Shown here piece after piece: positions 1-14,000 of a DNA stretch of 64,000 nucleotides (position 1 is its first letter; each line of letters starts with the position of its first letter). The translations under genes were made by a program, and so were the position numbers. The notes beneath the pieces were generated by a model, which was not told the DNA's origin, ran no database searches, and was given only the letters and a program-made list of their open reading frames with translations. Source of the DNA: Amoebophrya sp. A120 (Eukaryota; Protista; Dinoflagellata); the NCBI GenBank assembly GCA_905178155.1, contig CAJINV010000003.1, forward strand, positions 11,334,733 through 11,398,732, read 5' to 3'.

Positions 1-1366
1 GTCTGGCTTTGTTATCTGAATTGCGTTAGAGGGCAGGTCGTCGCGTCCTCCTTCGTCCTTGTTGGCAGGCTTCTTGTTGTTGTGCCTCCGGGCATGGTTT
101 CTGGCTTCGGGGGATTTGCAAATTAGCAACTTTTTAGAGTCCGATTAAAGTTATTAGGTCGCCCGGGCCTGTCTGCCTGAGCGCCCGCCTCCCCTGCAGG
201 GGGGCACGGGGGGGGGTGCCCGGAGGGCGGCGCCCGCGATGGCTTTGCGCCCCCGGAAGTATGGCGGCACCCCCGGCGCGCTTTCTAGTCGGGCCCCTCT
301 TGCGCCTGCCCTCCTTCGCTTTGGGGATTAGCCAAACTTCAGCCAGGAATTAACGAAATAGCTTGCCACGGGCCGGCTGCCTGAGCGTTGCCTTGCAATT
401 TCTCCGGCAGGTGGCGCGCCCCTTGGGCCTCCTGTTTGTTTTCGTTTCGCCATGTATTGGGCGGGGGCGGGGTTTTTTTCTTTTTCCGAAAAAAAATTTT
501 TCAGCAAAGCCATAGTTTTTTTATTTCGGGGCCCACTGGGCCTCGATCTGGTCGACGGTCGTAATGTGGGGAGAAGCAGGCCGCATGCTTATCAGGGCAA
601 GTGGTTAGTAGATCTGGTAGGTTGAAAGAGTGGCCCCAGTGAATGAGGGCCGCCACCTCTCATGATGTCACCTGGTAGACCATATATATGCGTTGGCCTT
701 GTTGTTCTGTGGAGAGCTAGCAGCAAGCAGCTCCCTGGCCCATGCGCTTGCGCTGCTGCGCAGGTTCACAACAAAAAGGCACGCCACCGCTGTGCTGTTT
801 GTTGCCTGCCACTCGGGTGCCGCGGCTGCACCTCGCGCGTCCGCGGGACGCGACCTGGCAGCAAGCCGACGAACGCAGCTGCGCTACCGTTAAGGGAGCG
901 CAGCCACCCAGATGGCTGGCCACCCCACCCTCCCGGATGCCGCCCCTTATCCGAGCTCGGCCAAACCCATACCGAGAATTATAGCGCCGACCGTTGATAG
1001 TGCGCGGCCATCCGGCTGGTCGGTACTATGAAGAACGCGCCACGACAGGCGAGCCCTGTGGCACCACTGAAACGGCCACACAACAACACAGTGGCGGCGC
1101 ACAACCGCCCACGAGCTGAGCGCCCCCAGACATGCAAATGCTTATTGTGGCTACGCAGTGCAATTCCAAAGCGGATGAAAATCAATGGCAGTCGTGGGGA
1201 GGTGTTGGTGTTCGCGAGGCATTATGTCCGACACGCCTCCGAGCTGTGAGGACATTCCTAGGGATAGGAGAGAGGGACCGAAAGAACACCTACTCCGGGC
1301 GCGAGAGATCCTGCCGCGACAGGTCCTATGATGCATTGAGATCCAATGGGCCTCTTGTATGTGCGA

Positions 1367-1442
1367 TGTGGCTTCGATAATAATAATAATAATAATTCAC
1401 CTGTGGCTTCGATAATAATAATAGAAAGAAAGAAAGAAAGAA
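1367..1442 (+). repeat. Duplicated TGTGGCTTCG-(ATA)n followed by (GAAA)n; resembles a retroelement 3' tail
   Basis: TGTGGCTTCGATAATAATAATA at 1367 and 1402, at a sharp GC-rich to AT-rich transition. Confidence 0.6.
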
Positions 1443-2275
1443 TATTTATTATTATTTCTTCATCAATCTATTTTTGAGAGAATGATAGGAGAAAACAGAT
1501 TTTGAAATGAAAATAGAAATCTCAAAATGGATTTATTATAAATAAGACTATGAAATTCATCTTCAAGATATCGATTGACAAATCCAATATCGAAAAAAAT
1601 TTCGAACTAGAACCTGAAGATCTTTAGTCTTCAAATAATATTTCTCTATTTATTCAACCTTATTTTATCCTTATCTTTATCCTTATCTTCATCTTTTGAG
1701 GATATTATATTGATGAGAATGATGAAAGACAATCTCGCCCCGACCCGAAACGACAATTTGAGTCATACCCAGACATGACAAGAAAGAAAGAAACAGATTT
1801 TGAATATTTGTTATTATTTCATCAATAATCTATTTATTTTTCCATCCTTTCTAGGATTATGGTGTTACGCTATGAATATTACAAACATTCCAGACATGAA
1901 AAAAAGAACATCAACAAAATATGATTGAGTGATGGATTTGAGAATTTCAGGATGAATTATTTTCCCGAATTTTGGATTATCGGAAAAGGATGAGATAGAA
2001 TTTGGGTGTTCTTGGATTTAGAAACGTCTTTGATATTGGCTTTTTTTCTCGTTTATCTAATTTTTTCAATTATATATTAATTTCATTCATCACATGGCCA
2101 TGGGGTTTATTGCAAGTACCTCCCTCATGTCAGTCTGTCTGTCATTTCATCTTTCCAATTCCATTTCTATCATCTCTCTTTCATCGTATGTCTCATTCGT
2201 CGCAGATCTTTATGAGTTGAGTTCTATAGCCTCGCGTTACAATGTGTTTGCTATTGGACGTTAGTGCACAGCCTA

Positions 2276-2430
2276 TCGCTTTAAGTAAAGAATTTCTTGA
2301 AAAGTGCATGTGGGGCGGTAGATAGCTCTGTCTTTAAGTAAAGAATTTGGGGTGGTAGATCGCTTTAAGTAAAGAATTTCTTGAAAAGTCTTTAAGTAAA
2401 GAATTTCTTGAAAAGTGCATGTGGGGCGGA
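2276..2430. repeat. Irregular tandem repeat, core TTTAAGTAAAGAATTT x4
   Basis: Four copies with variable CTTGAAAAGTGCATGTGGGGCGG extensions. Confidence 0.9.
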
Positions 2431-4726
2431 AATCCAAAATAGTCTCTGTCTTTGCCAAGTTTTTGGCTTGGTAGAGAGTATCTACAGCCTTGAAGTTGCA
2501 ATGTCTTCACTTCGCGATAGATCACACGGCGGCTCCGCCCTGCTTGGGTTTGAATTTATTGCGCTCGCCTGTTCTGGTGGTGTCTTTGGTCGTTTGTGAA
2601 GTGTGGCAACGTTTCGGCTTCGTCTATTTATTTGCAACATCAGAGCACTCATTCCGCGCGCCCTCGGGAGCACTCGCACACGCAAAACACGCCGCGCCCC
2701 AGTGGGCACCTTGCTGGGAATCTGCCCTCAATGCAGGCAGGCATGTGCCCCAAGCCTGAGATGCCCAGCAATCAGGGCACCTCCTTCATGAATCCCATCA
2801 ACCTGAATTCGCTTACGACCCCACGTCGATGGCGCGAGTTTCCTATTCGTGGGGCGTTCTTCTCAGGTGAATCACGGCAGTGGCGTCTCCATTAGGCTGC
2901 GGCCCCGGTGGGTCGAATGCGATTCAATCCTATCCAATGCTGGACCGTTGACCGCTGGCACTTCCTCCACCACGCGCGTTCGCGTGGCCCCGACAAACTG
3001 GCACCGCCAACGCAATGCCCCCCCAGGGGTACGGTTCGACTACCCGCACAGGGAATACCCTAGCAGGGCCCTGCTCGGATCTGCGCCCTGTCATTTCTGA
3101 GCACTCCGGTGCCGTTGGCTTCAATTTTGGGAGCTTTGCGCCAATTGCTTACTGCCAACCGGAGACACTCGGCGCGAACCCTGTCCAGCCGGCGGCTACT
3201 GGATGGCATCCTTTTTCTTAAGACCGGCCGCCGTGCGCATAAGCCCGGGGATGTGAATCACCTCAGGGAGTGCCATGGGGGACCTAACAAATGGGCGGCG
3301 CCTGCGCGCCACTTTGACATTGTTGCGCGCGTCGCCGTCTTGTGCCATTTTAGAACGGCGCCCGCGGCCGTCATCTCCGGCGATCGCGTTGCATGCCTGT
3401 GGGCGGGGTTCATTTTCATGACCAACACAGAGCCGCTGCTATTCAATTGACGCGGTCCAAACCGTCTGAAGACTTATCTTCTACAGGATGAAGGAGCCCC
3501 GACTCGCAGAGCTGCAGTTTTTGCCACTTATTTCTCGCAAAACCTACAATGGACTGAGTAGCAGAAGGCCCCCCGAAACTCTAGAAAGCCTCGCCGGCTT
3601 GCTTTCGACTTTTGTTCTTTTCGGCATCAGACGCGCCAACTTTGGCGCATAGTTCTCCACTAGGCCCGAGCGCGAAGCTCTTTAGAAATCAATGCGATCG
3701 GAAGAACTTGCAGGGCTTCCATTTTTGTCTCCTGAAGATTTGCGTCCGTTCTTTGTCCACTGAGTCGCGTCGGTTTCACCCAAACGCAAACAAGCAAACA
3801 ATAGAGCCAACCCCCAGCCTGCTGTGTGTAGACTGGAACAAACGCAGTAAGAGGCAGCGAGCTCTGTCGCAGAATTGGTGGCCGCTTGGTTTTTCTTGTT
3901 CGCCAGCGCGCCCGCGGCGTGCGCACTTTTAGTGTCCAACGGAGCCACTTCGTTTCGGAAACCAAATCGGGGGGAGTCATTTTAGCAAATATGCGGCCCC
4001 TGTGCTTATAGTTATATCCACGGCGGCACGGCGCGGGTATATATTCGATAGCCAACCAGGATCCTCAGCCTCTAGGCCGACGCGTTAAGCTCGGGCGTTT
4101 ATGTTTTCATATAAAAGCGGTCGCTACCGCTGGCGACGCTCGTTTTTCGAAGACATGGAAGCGCTGCAAGAGCGAAGCTCATGCAGGGGCTGTGGCGTCA
4201 TGGCGCATGCGCATCGCTACTGCGCAAAAATAAAACCAGACACAGAGCAACATGCCTGAGGAGCACGCTCACCGAGAAAGGCAACCTGCCAAATTACTTT
4301 ACCCATTGCATCCATCTAAGCCGCAGAAAAAAGCTGGCCTCGCTTCATCCTCGTCGCCCCTCTTTTGTCCCCACATTTATAAAGAGATAATTATAAATAA
4401 AAATAAAACTGCTTTTCCATTTCCGCACCAGGCTCGTTGCCGTTCAGACACTGTTTTTTTCCAATGCCCTGCTTCCGTGTCCGATAAATTTAAAAGTAAG
4501 AAATACAAATATGCCCAAACTCATTTCAATAAAAGTAAAAAAAACTGCGCCAAAGTTACTCCAGGGTAGGAATATTTATTTTAGGCTTTGGCTTACTTGC
4601 GCTTTTTATTCTATAATTATTTTTAAGCGCGAAGCTGACTATGAGTGATCTTTTAGTCTAAAGATGAGGGTGACTAATGATATACCTGCAGAGCTTGCCA
4701 GTGCTGCTGCCGCCAGTGCCGTGTGT

Positions 4727-4956
4727 TATCAAATGCAAATATGTCTGGGCGTGGAAACCTGCGTTACTGAAGCTTTAGCTTGCATTGCAGAGTAGCCACT
4801 TGCACGGCATAACAGCATCAGAAATTTTGCGAGGCGTATTGCAGATTCATTCGTAAAACGCATGACAAACTGGCTCCCAGCACGACATAAAGTTGCCCAA
4901 TCGCATTCATGCATACAGGTCTTGTCGTCGGACGACAGACATATTTGCAATGAATA
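4727..4956. mobile_element. MITE/introner
   Basis: TATCAAATGCAAATATGTCTG ... CAGACATATTTGCAATGAATA; flanks TGTGT/TGTGC; interior homologous to 15781-16041 and 17581-17895. Confidence 0.8.
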
Positions 4957-5030
4957 TGTGCTGGCGTTTCGCGAAGATCGCGGCAAATAATAACTCTACA
5001 ATATTAAGAAACTCGAGCGAAGGACTTAGA

Positions 5031-5087
5031 TGCGGCTGCGCGTGGCTGCGCGTGGCTGCGCATGGCTGCACATGGCTGGCTAAGGCT
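5031..5087. repeat. 10-bp tandem repeat (TGGCTGCGCG-like)
   Basis: GGCTGC-containing units repeated 5-6 times at the end of ORF 5080. Confidence 0.8.
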
Positions 5088-8000
5088 GCTTTCGCTTTGA
5101 AACGCTTCTAGTATTCCTGACAACGCCTTTCGCTTTTCCAGCAACACTCCTCTTCTGGGGAAGTACTAGGCCCAGCAATTCCTTGTCTTCCTCGTTGAGT
5201 TCTAGCCCCAGTAGTCGCTTGCCCCCTGCCAATGCGTATTTGATGGTCTGGACCACCTTCTTCACGCCTTCGCTTGCAACTTTCGTCATTGCCTTTTTAA
5301 TCATGTCAAACGCAGGCTTCGCGTAGTCGTCGATCAATCTCTCGGCTTGGTCCTGAAGCCACTGCACTAGGCTGACGTGTGCTGCATCAGGTACTGAAGC
5401 CACTGCACTAGGCTCCGCCTTTTTATCGTTGTGGCCGTGATGTGCAGAGCCTTTTTCTTTTTCAGCATGCCATTTGTGCCCGTGGTGTTCATGACCATGG
5501 GTGTTCTGGGAGTGGGAGCCGCCTCCTCCGTTCGTGGCGGTCTTCTCCACGAATGACGTCTTCGGATGTTTGTGGCCGTCCGCCTTGTGGTGGCCGTGTC
5601 CGTCGTCGACGGCGCCCTCTATACCATGATCATGGTTGGCGTGGGCCGATGCCTCCGCAAGTTTCGGATTAGGTATCACTCTCAGCGTAAACAGCATCAT
5701 CAACAAGGTGGGAATGGCCTGGCTGAAAAGGACCGGAAGAGGAGTTTGGCGCACGTAAGGGATGAGGGCAATCACTTGGCTGAGCACCCGCCCGATGGCA
5801 TTCGCCAACATGAGCAACAGCCCTCCGATGATCGACTCCAGGAAAGAATGCTTCATCGAGGTCCAAATGTGATAAACTAGCTTTTTCAGCGCGCTCGGTC
5901 CCTGGGTAATGTGCTTCATAACGGTTCGAAACATTTCTCCGATCTTCGCCTTGATTTTACCGATCGCCGAAAAAACAAATCCCAGCGCCCCCTTGTCCTT
6001 ATCAGGGGAAGTCGCCTCCTGGTCCTGGCCGTGGCCGCGCCGCAACTGCATGAGAGCAGCCGGAGCTGTAGTTTCATTCAGTGAGGACTGTGTGCGGCCG
6101 TTGAGGCTGGCTACAGGAGAAGGAGACCACGACGCCGCGGACGGTTTATCTGCCACGCTCCGAAGTTGTGAAAACGTAACATCTCCGGAAGGTCCAACCA
6201 CAGCCTCTCCTCGTTCGGTTGCCTCCTCGTCTGAAAACTCAGCCGCGGCGTCAGCTGCCAAGGACTCCTGCGCGAGAAGCCGATGCTGTTGCTCTGCAAA
6301 TTCAGTTTTGGCGCTTTCCGTATCAGTGGTCGCGTGTGCGTTCTCCTTGCTGGCATACCCACCAGTCCGCCAGCTCCTGCCTTCTTCATTTTCTTGTTTT
6401 TTAATGTCCCGCCTCTCCTGTGCAAACGACGAGCCGCCGCCATGGGTTGGGTGTTTGCCACTCCTGTGTGGGAGTTTTCGAGACATCGCCGCTACCTTGT
6501 TCCTCCAGTTGCGCGCTGCAGTCTTCGCCTCCGGTTCCGGAGGGTACGCTTTTAAGTCGTCTTCTGTGTTCAGTATCTGCTTTTCAATGCCCACTTCTTC
6601 CGTTTCTCCTGTGTCTGGGTTCTTGTATCCACCCGCAAGACGGGCACCCACGTTCCCTAGTTTTGCGTTGGCTTTTTCTATGCTGGCATCGATTTCGCTA
6701 GCTTTTGCAGAGCTCCACTTTCTTTCCTGCTTCAGTTCATGAACAATTTCTTGCAGCAGTTGAGTCCGCTCGTGGTTCACTCGGCGCCGCTCTTTAAGCG
6801 CTTGGCTTTTTTCCTCCAGGAGATCTTTCCGGTGGACGAGGTGGCATTGCAGATGCTCCTCGTTTCCGTATGGCCGGCCTTGACTGTGGCCCATGATGGC
6901 GCTGGTGTCAGATGTTATATTCGGGAAATTATCCCGAGGGCAGTTGATGTTGGTCCCCGGTCGCCACAGCGTAAGGCCCCATGCTTCCTTGCCCTTTAGC
7001 ATATCTTCTCCGTGCAGCTTCTTCATTTCGCCGGGTGTCAGTTTTGTGACGTCTTCGGTGATGTTTTTGACCAAGGTCGACAGAGTTTGATCGTAGCTCT
7101 TCAGGTCCTGGTCAAACTTTGCTTCGAGGTCGTGCAGTTGCTTTTTCTTCTGTCTCGCTTGCATTGCGTGCTTTTTCACCTTCTTTTCGGCGCTACTGAT
7201 AGCAGAGTGAGCGCGGTCCACTACTCCTGTGTGCTCGTACTTGCCGTGGGCGAAATATTGTCGAAGTTTTTTAATGCGCGCCTTAAATTCATCGCACTCC
7301 GTCTTCTCCTGGTGAATCAATTCCTGGAAGGTGTCCGCTTCGTCGTCGTCGTCGCTGTCTGTGTCCGAACCGAGGTCCTTGTCCGCCTTCTTCTCCGTCC
7401 GCTTCTTCCACCAGCTAGACTGCCCGATCAGTCTGTCCTTAAACCACTGCAGCAGGCTGCCGCCCAGATGCGCCATCGTCTCACCCAGGTGCAGAAGTCC
7501 AAGCACCGCACTGGACAGGTTGTTCACCATGATTTTCAGTCCCGCGAACATAGCATCATAGACGAAACCCTCCAGGACCCCCTTGATGATGAAGGAAGCC
7601 GCGACCCGGAGAGCGGCAAGTGGGAGCGACTGCAGAACCGGAATTGGAATGGAGACGATCACCGTTGAGAGCGGAGTAGCGAGGTTGTCCGCGAGGCCAC
7701 CGATCATGCTTCTCAGGTTGTTCCGCGCGAGAGTGAAAAGCGCCCCGGCGCCCGCTTTAAGCACCATGCTTTTCACTGTGTCCTTCATCTTTTCCAGCGT
7801 ATTCCCCGCTAAACTGATGGCGTTGCGGAACAGGTCTCCGAGCTTGTCCAGCACTGCGCTTCGTTGCTCCACGCTAAGCCCGAGCCTGTGCTTCTGCAAA
7901 AACGAGGACCGGGCTGCGAGGACTGTCGTGCTGGACGAAGGGTAAGTGTGCGCAGAAGTTCTTCTGGAACGGTAAGTGTGCGAAATGCTGCTGTTGTAGA

Positions 8001-11000
8001 TCAAGTTTTGCTTTTGTCTTTCGTTCTCCGTGTCCATGCCGTGGCCCCCCAGCTGATTCCGCTGCTCGTCTGCAATTTCAGCGAGGAGACGAGCGCGCTC
8101 AGTCGGCGGCCCCCCGACTCGCTCCGCGAAAGTGGAGGACGCAGCAGGAGCAGGAGCCCCGTTACGCTCATAGCGGCCCGCTTCGAACATTTCGAAATAC
8201 ATTTCCTCCACGCTCAACAGCGTTGGGGGTCGCGACGGGACAATGCGGCGGTACCATGGGAACGCGAGAAAATCGCGCTTCTTGTTCATGTTGGCCCCCG
8301 CGTCAAGCGCAGCGCCTGTGGTATTCGCGGCCACCTCGTCGGGAGCTGCCATGCTGAGGAAAGACGAATGCTGCGTATGAAAGTCTTCGTTTTCATGCTC
8401 TTGCTCGCCGCGCTCTTGAAGATAGTGCTGCCGGTCGTAGGTGTGCAGGTAGCTCGCCAGCAGCAGGCGCAGTTCCTGCTCCCCGCCGAATCCCACGGCT
8501 TCAAACTCCCTTCCTGCACCAGCCGCATCGTACTCGATAGCATCCTCTTCGCGGCCACGATCAGTCGGGAGTGATTTGCTAATGAACGTTTGCTCCTCCT
8601 CGTGCTCCAAGTAGTAGTCGTTATCCACGGGAAGGTCATAATTCACTGCTTGATGAAGATCGGGAACATTCATCGGCTGTGTTTCGTTTCCACTTGAGTC
8701 CTCTGGACCATTCTCCGGGTTGCGTACTAGGATCGGCATCTCCGACCGACTTCTGCGCCACCAGGCGGCTTCAGCGTCAGCATCAGATGACCCATGTGCC
8801 AGCGTGTTCGAAGCGGTAGGTCTTTCCAGGAGAGTAACTTCTATATGCTCTTGCTGGCCTTCACTCGTGTCGTGGGAGGGCCCATGGCCATGCTGCAGGT
8901 GCGCCGTTTCTTTCTTGGCAGCATTTTCGTCCACGGGAGGCGCGTCAAGGTCTGTCGCAAAGCTGGATACCACGTTCAACTCCGAGTCTTTTTTTCCCGG
9001 CTGCGGCGTCTGCATGGAGCTGTCGAGGTCTTTCTCGTCCTTGGTCAGATCCGCGCTCGCAGCAATTCGTGCCGCGTTGGTGTCTTTGGACAGGGACTGC
9101 GAGACGCCTTCCACCGCTGCGCCGGCACCTTTTCCCGCGCGCATGAAAATTCTCCATAAACTATTGAACACATTCCTCTATCCCGTGTAAAAGCCTCCTC
9201 GTTGTACTAAAGTCATCAAGAGGACAACGCATGCGCTAGTACACAAATCCAGCAACTCTGGTGGCAGTCAGGCATGGCAACATAGAGCTTAGGCATCATA
9301 ACTAGGCAGCACGGCCGCATCACAGGACTCGGTCCCGGGCACTTCCCAAACGTCGCGAGGCTTGTCGCCCAAGGGCCGCCGCACCAGCGTCATTCTTGAG
9401 GGGCGGCCCACCTCCGCGCGGCGCGCTCGGACCTGCCGGGGGATGGGTAGGCGCCCAAGCAGTGCGGGAATGGTTGGCAGTCGAGCTTTTGGCCTCGCAC
9501 GCATCAATCAGTGCGTCGCGAGCTGCCCACAGCCAGCCTGTCGCTAGCGCGATAAGTGACGGCCAATAGAGAACGATCCACAAACACAGTGGCCCCACTT
9601 CGCCGGCGGGCCCCTCAGGCGATAGGCAAGACTCTTCGCAAGGGGGCCACAGCTCTGCACCATCGCACAAAACGGGCATAGTCCGCCCCCGGGGTGCCAA
9701 CGGGCAAAATTCAACCGCCCCGTGTTATGTTTTTTTTTGTCATTTGCGCCATTTTTCGGATTCCGAGCACGACAGGGCGCGGGGCTTCGCCCGACGGACT
9801 GGCTAAAAGCCAGCAGCAGCCTCTGAATTCTCCTGGGGCGACTCCGGAGTCGGTCTGGGGCTCCGGGGTCGATCCGGATGGCTTTAGCCAGCCTCCCGCT
9901 GCTGGCGTTTCGCCACGCACTACACCCCAGACCCTATCCCGAAAACCCAAAGCCGAATACTTTTTTGGCTCTAGCCAGATGCCGCGGAGGTTGATTTTTT
10001 GCACTTTCTCCCCCTTCCCCCCTGTCTAGGAGCAGGCTGGGCCAAACCATAAGGGCGGCGCGGAGGGCCAAAAAAGCGCGCGGTCTTTTGTTTTTCTTTT
10101 TGTCGAGGCAGCGCCATTCCTGTCTCAGCCGACCGCCCCCCCCCGAATCAGTAGCGTATCAATAAAGCAAGCACACAAGAAGAAAAGGCGGGCACGGGGA
10201 CAGCAAATGCAAAAAGTACTGGTTTGCGCCGCATGAGACGCTCAAGCTTTCCGCATATGCTATCTTAGCAAGTATTTGCAACATGGCAACCCGTCTGGGG
10301 CGGGTATCAAGTGGGTACGTTTTCACACTGGATATCTTCACGGCCTTAACCACCATGCCAGACAACTTTCCACTTGTAACGTAGGAAAGCAACTTCTCGA
10401 GGACGCCAATCGCTCCTCCGTCGAGTTCAAAAACCTCCAGAGCTTTTTTGATTCTCGGGTCCTCATGCTGCGTAGTTTTAGGCGCAGCTGGATCGGCCTC
10501 TGATGCCTGTAGAAGCGAGCCGATGGCGGCCGTCCTACTCCTTCTCTTCCCGTCGAAAGTTTTGAAGAACCGCGACGCGGTGAAAGGACCCGGAGTCGCG
10601 GCTGTGGCGTTGCCAAAAGCGAAAGCGTTTGCATCGTCCGCCCTGAAGATGTAACTCGTGCTGGGCGGGGGCCTCGCTTGCTGCTGGTAGTGTTCCATCT
10701 CTTCTACTTCCTGCGTCTCCACCTGTTGCGCAGGCCTGGAGGTCCACTCCGCCTCAAGATGCTGCAGAAACACAGCGAGAGGCTGCGTCGAGTTGATGAC
10801 TTCCGCAAAGGACAATGTCATTTTGCTCGACGCCGGCTCCTTGTTTATGTTTGCTTTCTCGTCCTCTCGCTCTCGGTCTCGGTGCGCTTTCTTCTGCGCT
10901 TTCAATTCTTCGGCTATCCTGTGTGTGTAAAGACGTCTCCACCTCTCCAGCGTTGTCATGCAAATCGGCACGCCAGCAACGTCTCCGCATGGGCCCCGTT

Positions 11001-14000
11001 TTTCTGGTCGTGTGTGCGAGCATGTTATGTGCTATTTAGGAGATTCAGGAAGCGGTTTTGTGACGCAGGCAGGTGCAAGTGCACCTCCTTGGCATGCTAT
11101 ACACGACTCCACTGCAGAGGCAAACTTTTCATGCGTGACTCCCAAAACTTTACGATCTCTGCTGTAAAGTTCTCGTCTTGACTGAGGTGGGGACGAAGAT
11201 TTTACTCACAATATCGATTCCGTCGTCGCTACTTGTGTCCTCCCCACCACCTCCTGCCGGACGATTCTTTTCTTGGTCGGCAGATCCTTCATCTGCCTGA
11301 TTTTGTCCTTCGGGCCCAAGACCAAAAAACCGTCCAAGTACTTTCTGTAGAAGTGTCTTCGCGAGGAGGTGCAGTTGAAACCTCAGAACTGCGGGCGCGT
11401 GGGCCAGAAGGCCATCGATGAAAGCTTGTGGAGAGAGACCCGAAGGCGAAAATTTGAGCAGCGGATCCAGCACGAGGTAAAGTACGTCGCCCAGCCGCGC
11501 CACCATCAGATTTATCAAGTTATCGAACGTGAAGAGGAGGAAAATCTCAATGGCTTTTTTCAAGAAGATTCCTTTGAATAGTCTCTGCTTCACCTCGTTC
11601 CACCACTTTCTCACTTTGTTCATCAATTTTTTGCCATAACGCCCGGCAACATCGAGTAGCTTCTTGAGTCCTTTCTTGGCCATCCCGACAACCTGGCTCA
11701 GTCTTCTGCCTGCCGCCCGCACCGGTGCTGGCACGTGTTTCACAGCCTTCTCCGAGAAATGCGCCAAATTTTTCTTCATCTTTCCGATTGCCGCGCGGGC
11801 TGCAGCCATTTTGATACTTGGCGCGCCAAAACGAAAAGCTTTTCTTGTCCCCAAAGCTTCTTTTTCACCGTACAGCGCTGTGCTCTTTTCCATGTCTTCA
11901 TTGGCGAGCTTTGCGTTATGCTTTCGCGTTTTCTGAAAATGTTCGGGCTCAAGTTTTTTGAGGCGAGCCGTGTTATCACTTTTCTTCTGTGTAATGCGTT
12001 CGCTAATCTCTTTTTTGTTGCTTTCGTTGGTCTCGTGCTTTAATTGGTCCTCTAATTTTTTTATTTCCTCTTCCATCCGTTCCTCTGCCATATTCCGGAA
12101 GTGCTGCAGTTCCTGTTCGGTGGGTTGCCCCATGGATTCGATGGACTTGAGCGTTGGCATCTTGCCTTCTCTATCGAGTTGCTTGTCCAAATCATTTAGG
12201 TCTTGTAGGTTGCTGTGCCTGTCGGAGTTGCGACGTTCTTCCTGTTGCAGAAATGAGAAGGAGGAAGTGCGGCTAGACCACATTCTGCGCTTCTGACGTC
12301 GCAGGTCGCTGTCGCGTCCTTTGCTTCCTCTCGTCTTGCTGGTATGATACTGATTTGGGTTCTGGCCGTCTTCGCCAGCTTGCTCTTGGTCCTCTGCAGC
12401 TTCATCTTCATGGAAGAACTCTACATTGAGACCAACAGTCGCAAGTTTATAACCCGCTCAGGTGTTAGTGTTACGATCTCAAACGTTGTATAGGCAAAAG
12501 TGGAGGGTTGTGATGTTAACAGGACCGCTCCTCCGGAGATTTGTGACGCAAATCAAAAGATTCACGATCTGGCCGGCTCTTGCTCTAAGTCTAACGGATA
12601 TACGCATTACAACTTGTCGAGCTCCAAACCCGACTAGGAGTTGGAAGTAGGACCTGGGGCCGGCATTTGTAAAAAACATTAGATAGTATTGCAAAAAGCG
12701 CCGGGCGCTGTGTGTTCCTCATGCTGTTCACGCAGGACACACCCAGAATTCGCTGCATACTGTAACGCTTGAGATTGTAACACCTGAGCAGGTTATACAG
12801 TGCAGCGCGGGCTTCGGCATGCCGGTGGGTATACGCCTCTCGCACGTCCAGATCGGGGGCTTTGATCCGCGCCAGCCGGTCTATCCTGCAGAAATATATA
12901 CATACTCGCCATAGGGCATGTGTGGAAGAAAAGTAGCTCTGTGCTGCTGGTTCTTTTTCTACATAAGGCAGCACAATAGCGACGGCGCAGGAATGTCCTA
13001 AGACAATCGATTTGCTGCCGAGTGGCATCTTAAGGAGTTGGCGCTTAAGAAGCTGCCTAAGTGCTGCCATTACGAGAAAGTTGCTTTATGGTCGGCCGCC
13101 TGATGAAGATTTTTCACTAAGCTGCCACTTTGTAACATACAGCGGCGCGCTGAGAGGCTCTCAGGAAGAAGGCTCTTAAGGAGCTTGCTACGGGCTCCTT
13201 AGCTTAGGAGCGCCTCCTCGGAAGCTCGCTGAGACCTCTTTAGCAGCTTCCTGAGGAGCCTGCTGGTCTGCTTCGCAGCTTCCTCAGGAGATTGTCCGGG
13301 GCTCTTCGGTTCAACGAGTCCAATGCGCCGGGACGAAGGGCCCGAAACCAGCGAAAGCGAGTCCAGTGCGCCCCCGAGTCGCCCGCGTGCGGGCACAAGG
13401 AAGCATGGCGGGCGGTAGCGGTTTTATTCGGATGGCGCAGAGGACTCGTTTCAGTTCCCTAATCTAAACATAACACCTCGACGGGGCCAGCGGCCCGAAA
13501 AGTCCCAGCAGCTCCGTCCGACCGAAAAAATCTCAAAGGCCACCCATCTCAACAACCAACATCATGCGGACCACCAGCATGGTTGGGCGATGCCCATAGG
13601 GTGGGGGGTGGCGCTTGGGCCGGTGAGAAAAAACGCCAGGCAAGCCCGGGGGCGGGCGAGTCGGCGCATGGCCACAAAACAAACGGAACAGAGGGCGCGC
13701 ATGGGGAGGGGGGCGTCGGCCAGAGAATCACCGGGGGCAAGGCAGCCTGCCGCCGCCGGCCGGCGGCTGCCCTGCTCGACGACCCTAAACCCCAAACACC
13801 AAGCCCACTGCCCTGAGAGGGCCAACGCAGACAGGCACATTCCTAACTCTCAGCGCTGGGGGCTGGCGTCCCCGCGCTGACTACACTTTCCGGCGTGGTT
13901 GAGATAAGTAACTGCACTCCATCCGCGCGCGTTATTCGTTTCCGGCCCATGATTTTTCTAGTCTGCTCACGCAAGCCAAAACGCCCACACGGACAACCTC

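Noticed and set aside
5442-9190. Plus-strand ORFs overlapping the long minus-strand ORF (also 35869-37431 and 49728-53580)
   Set aside because: Antisense shadows of real coding sequence.
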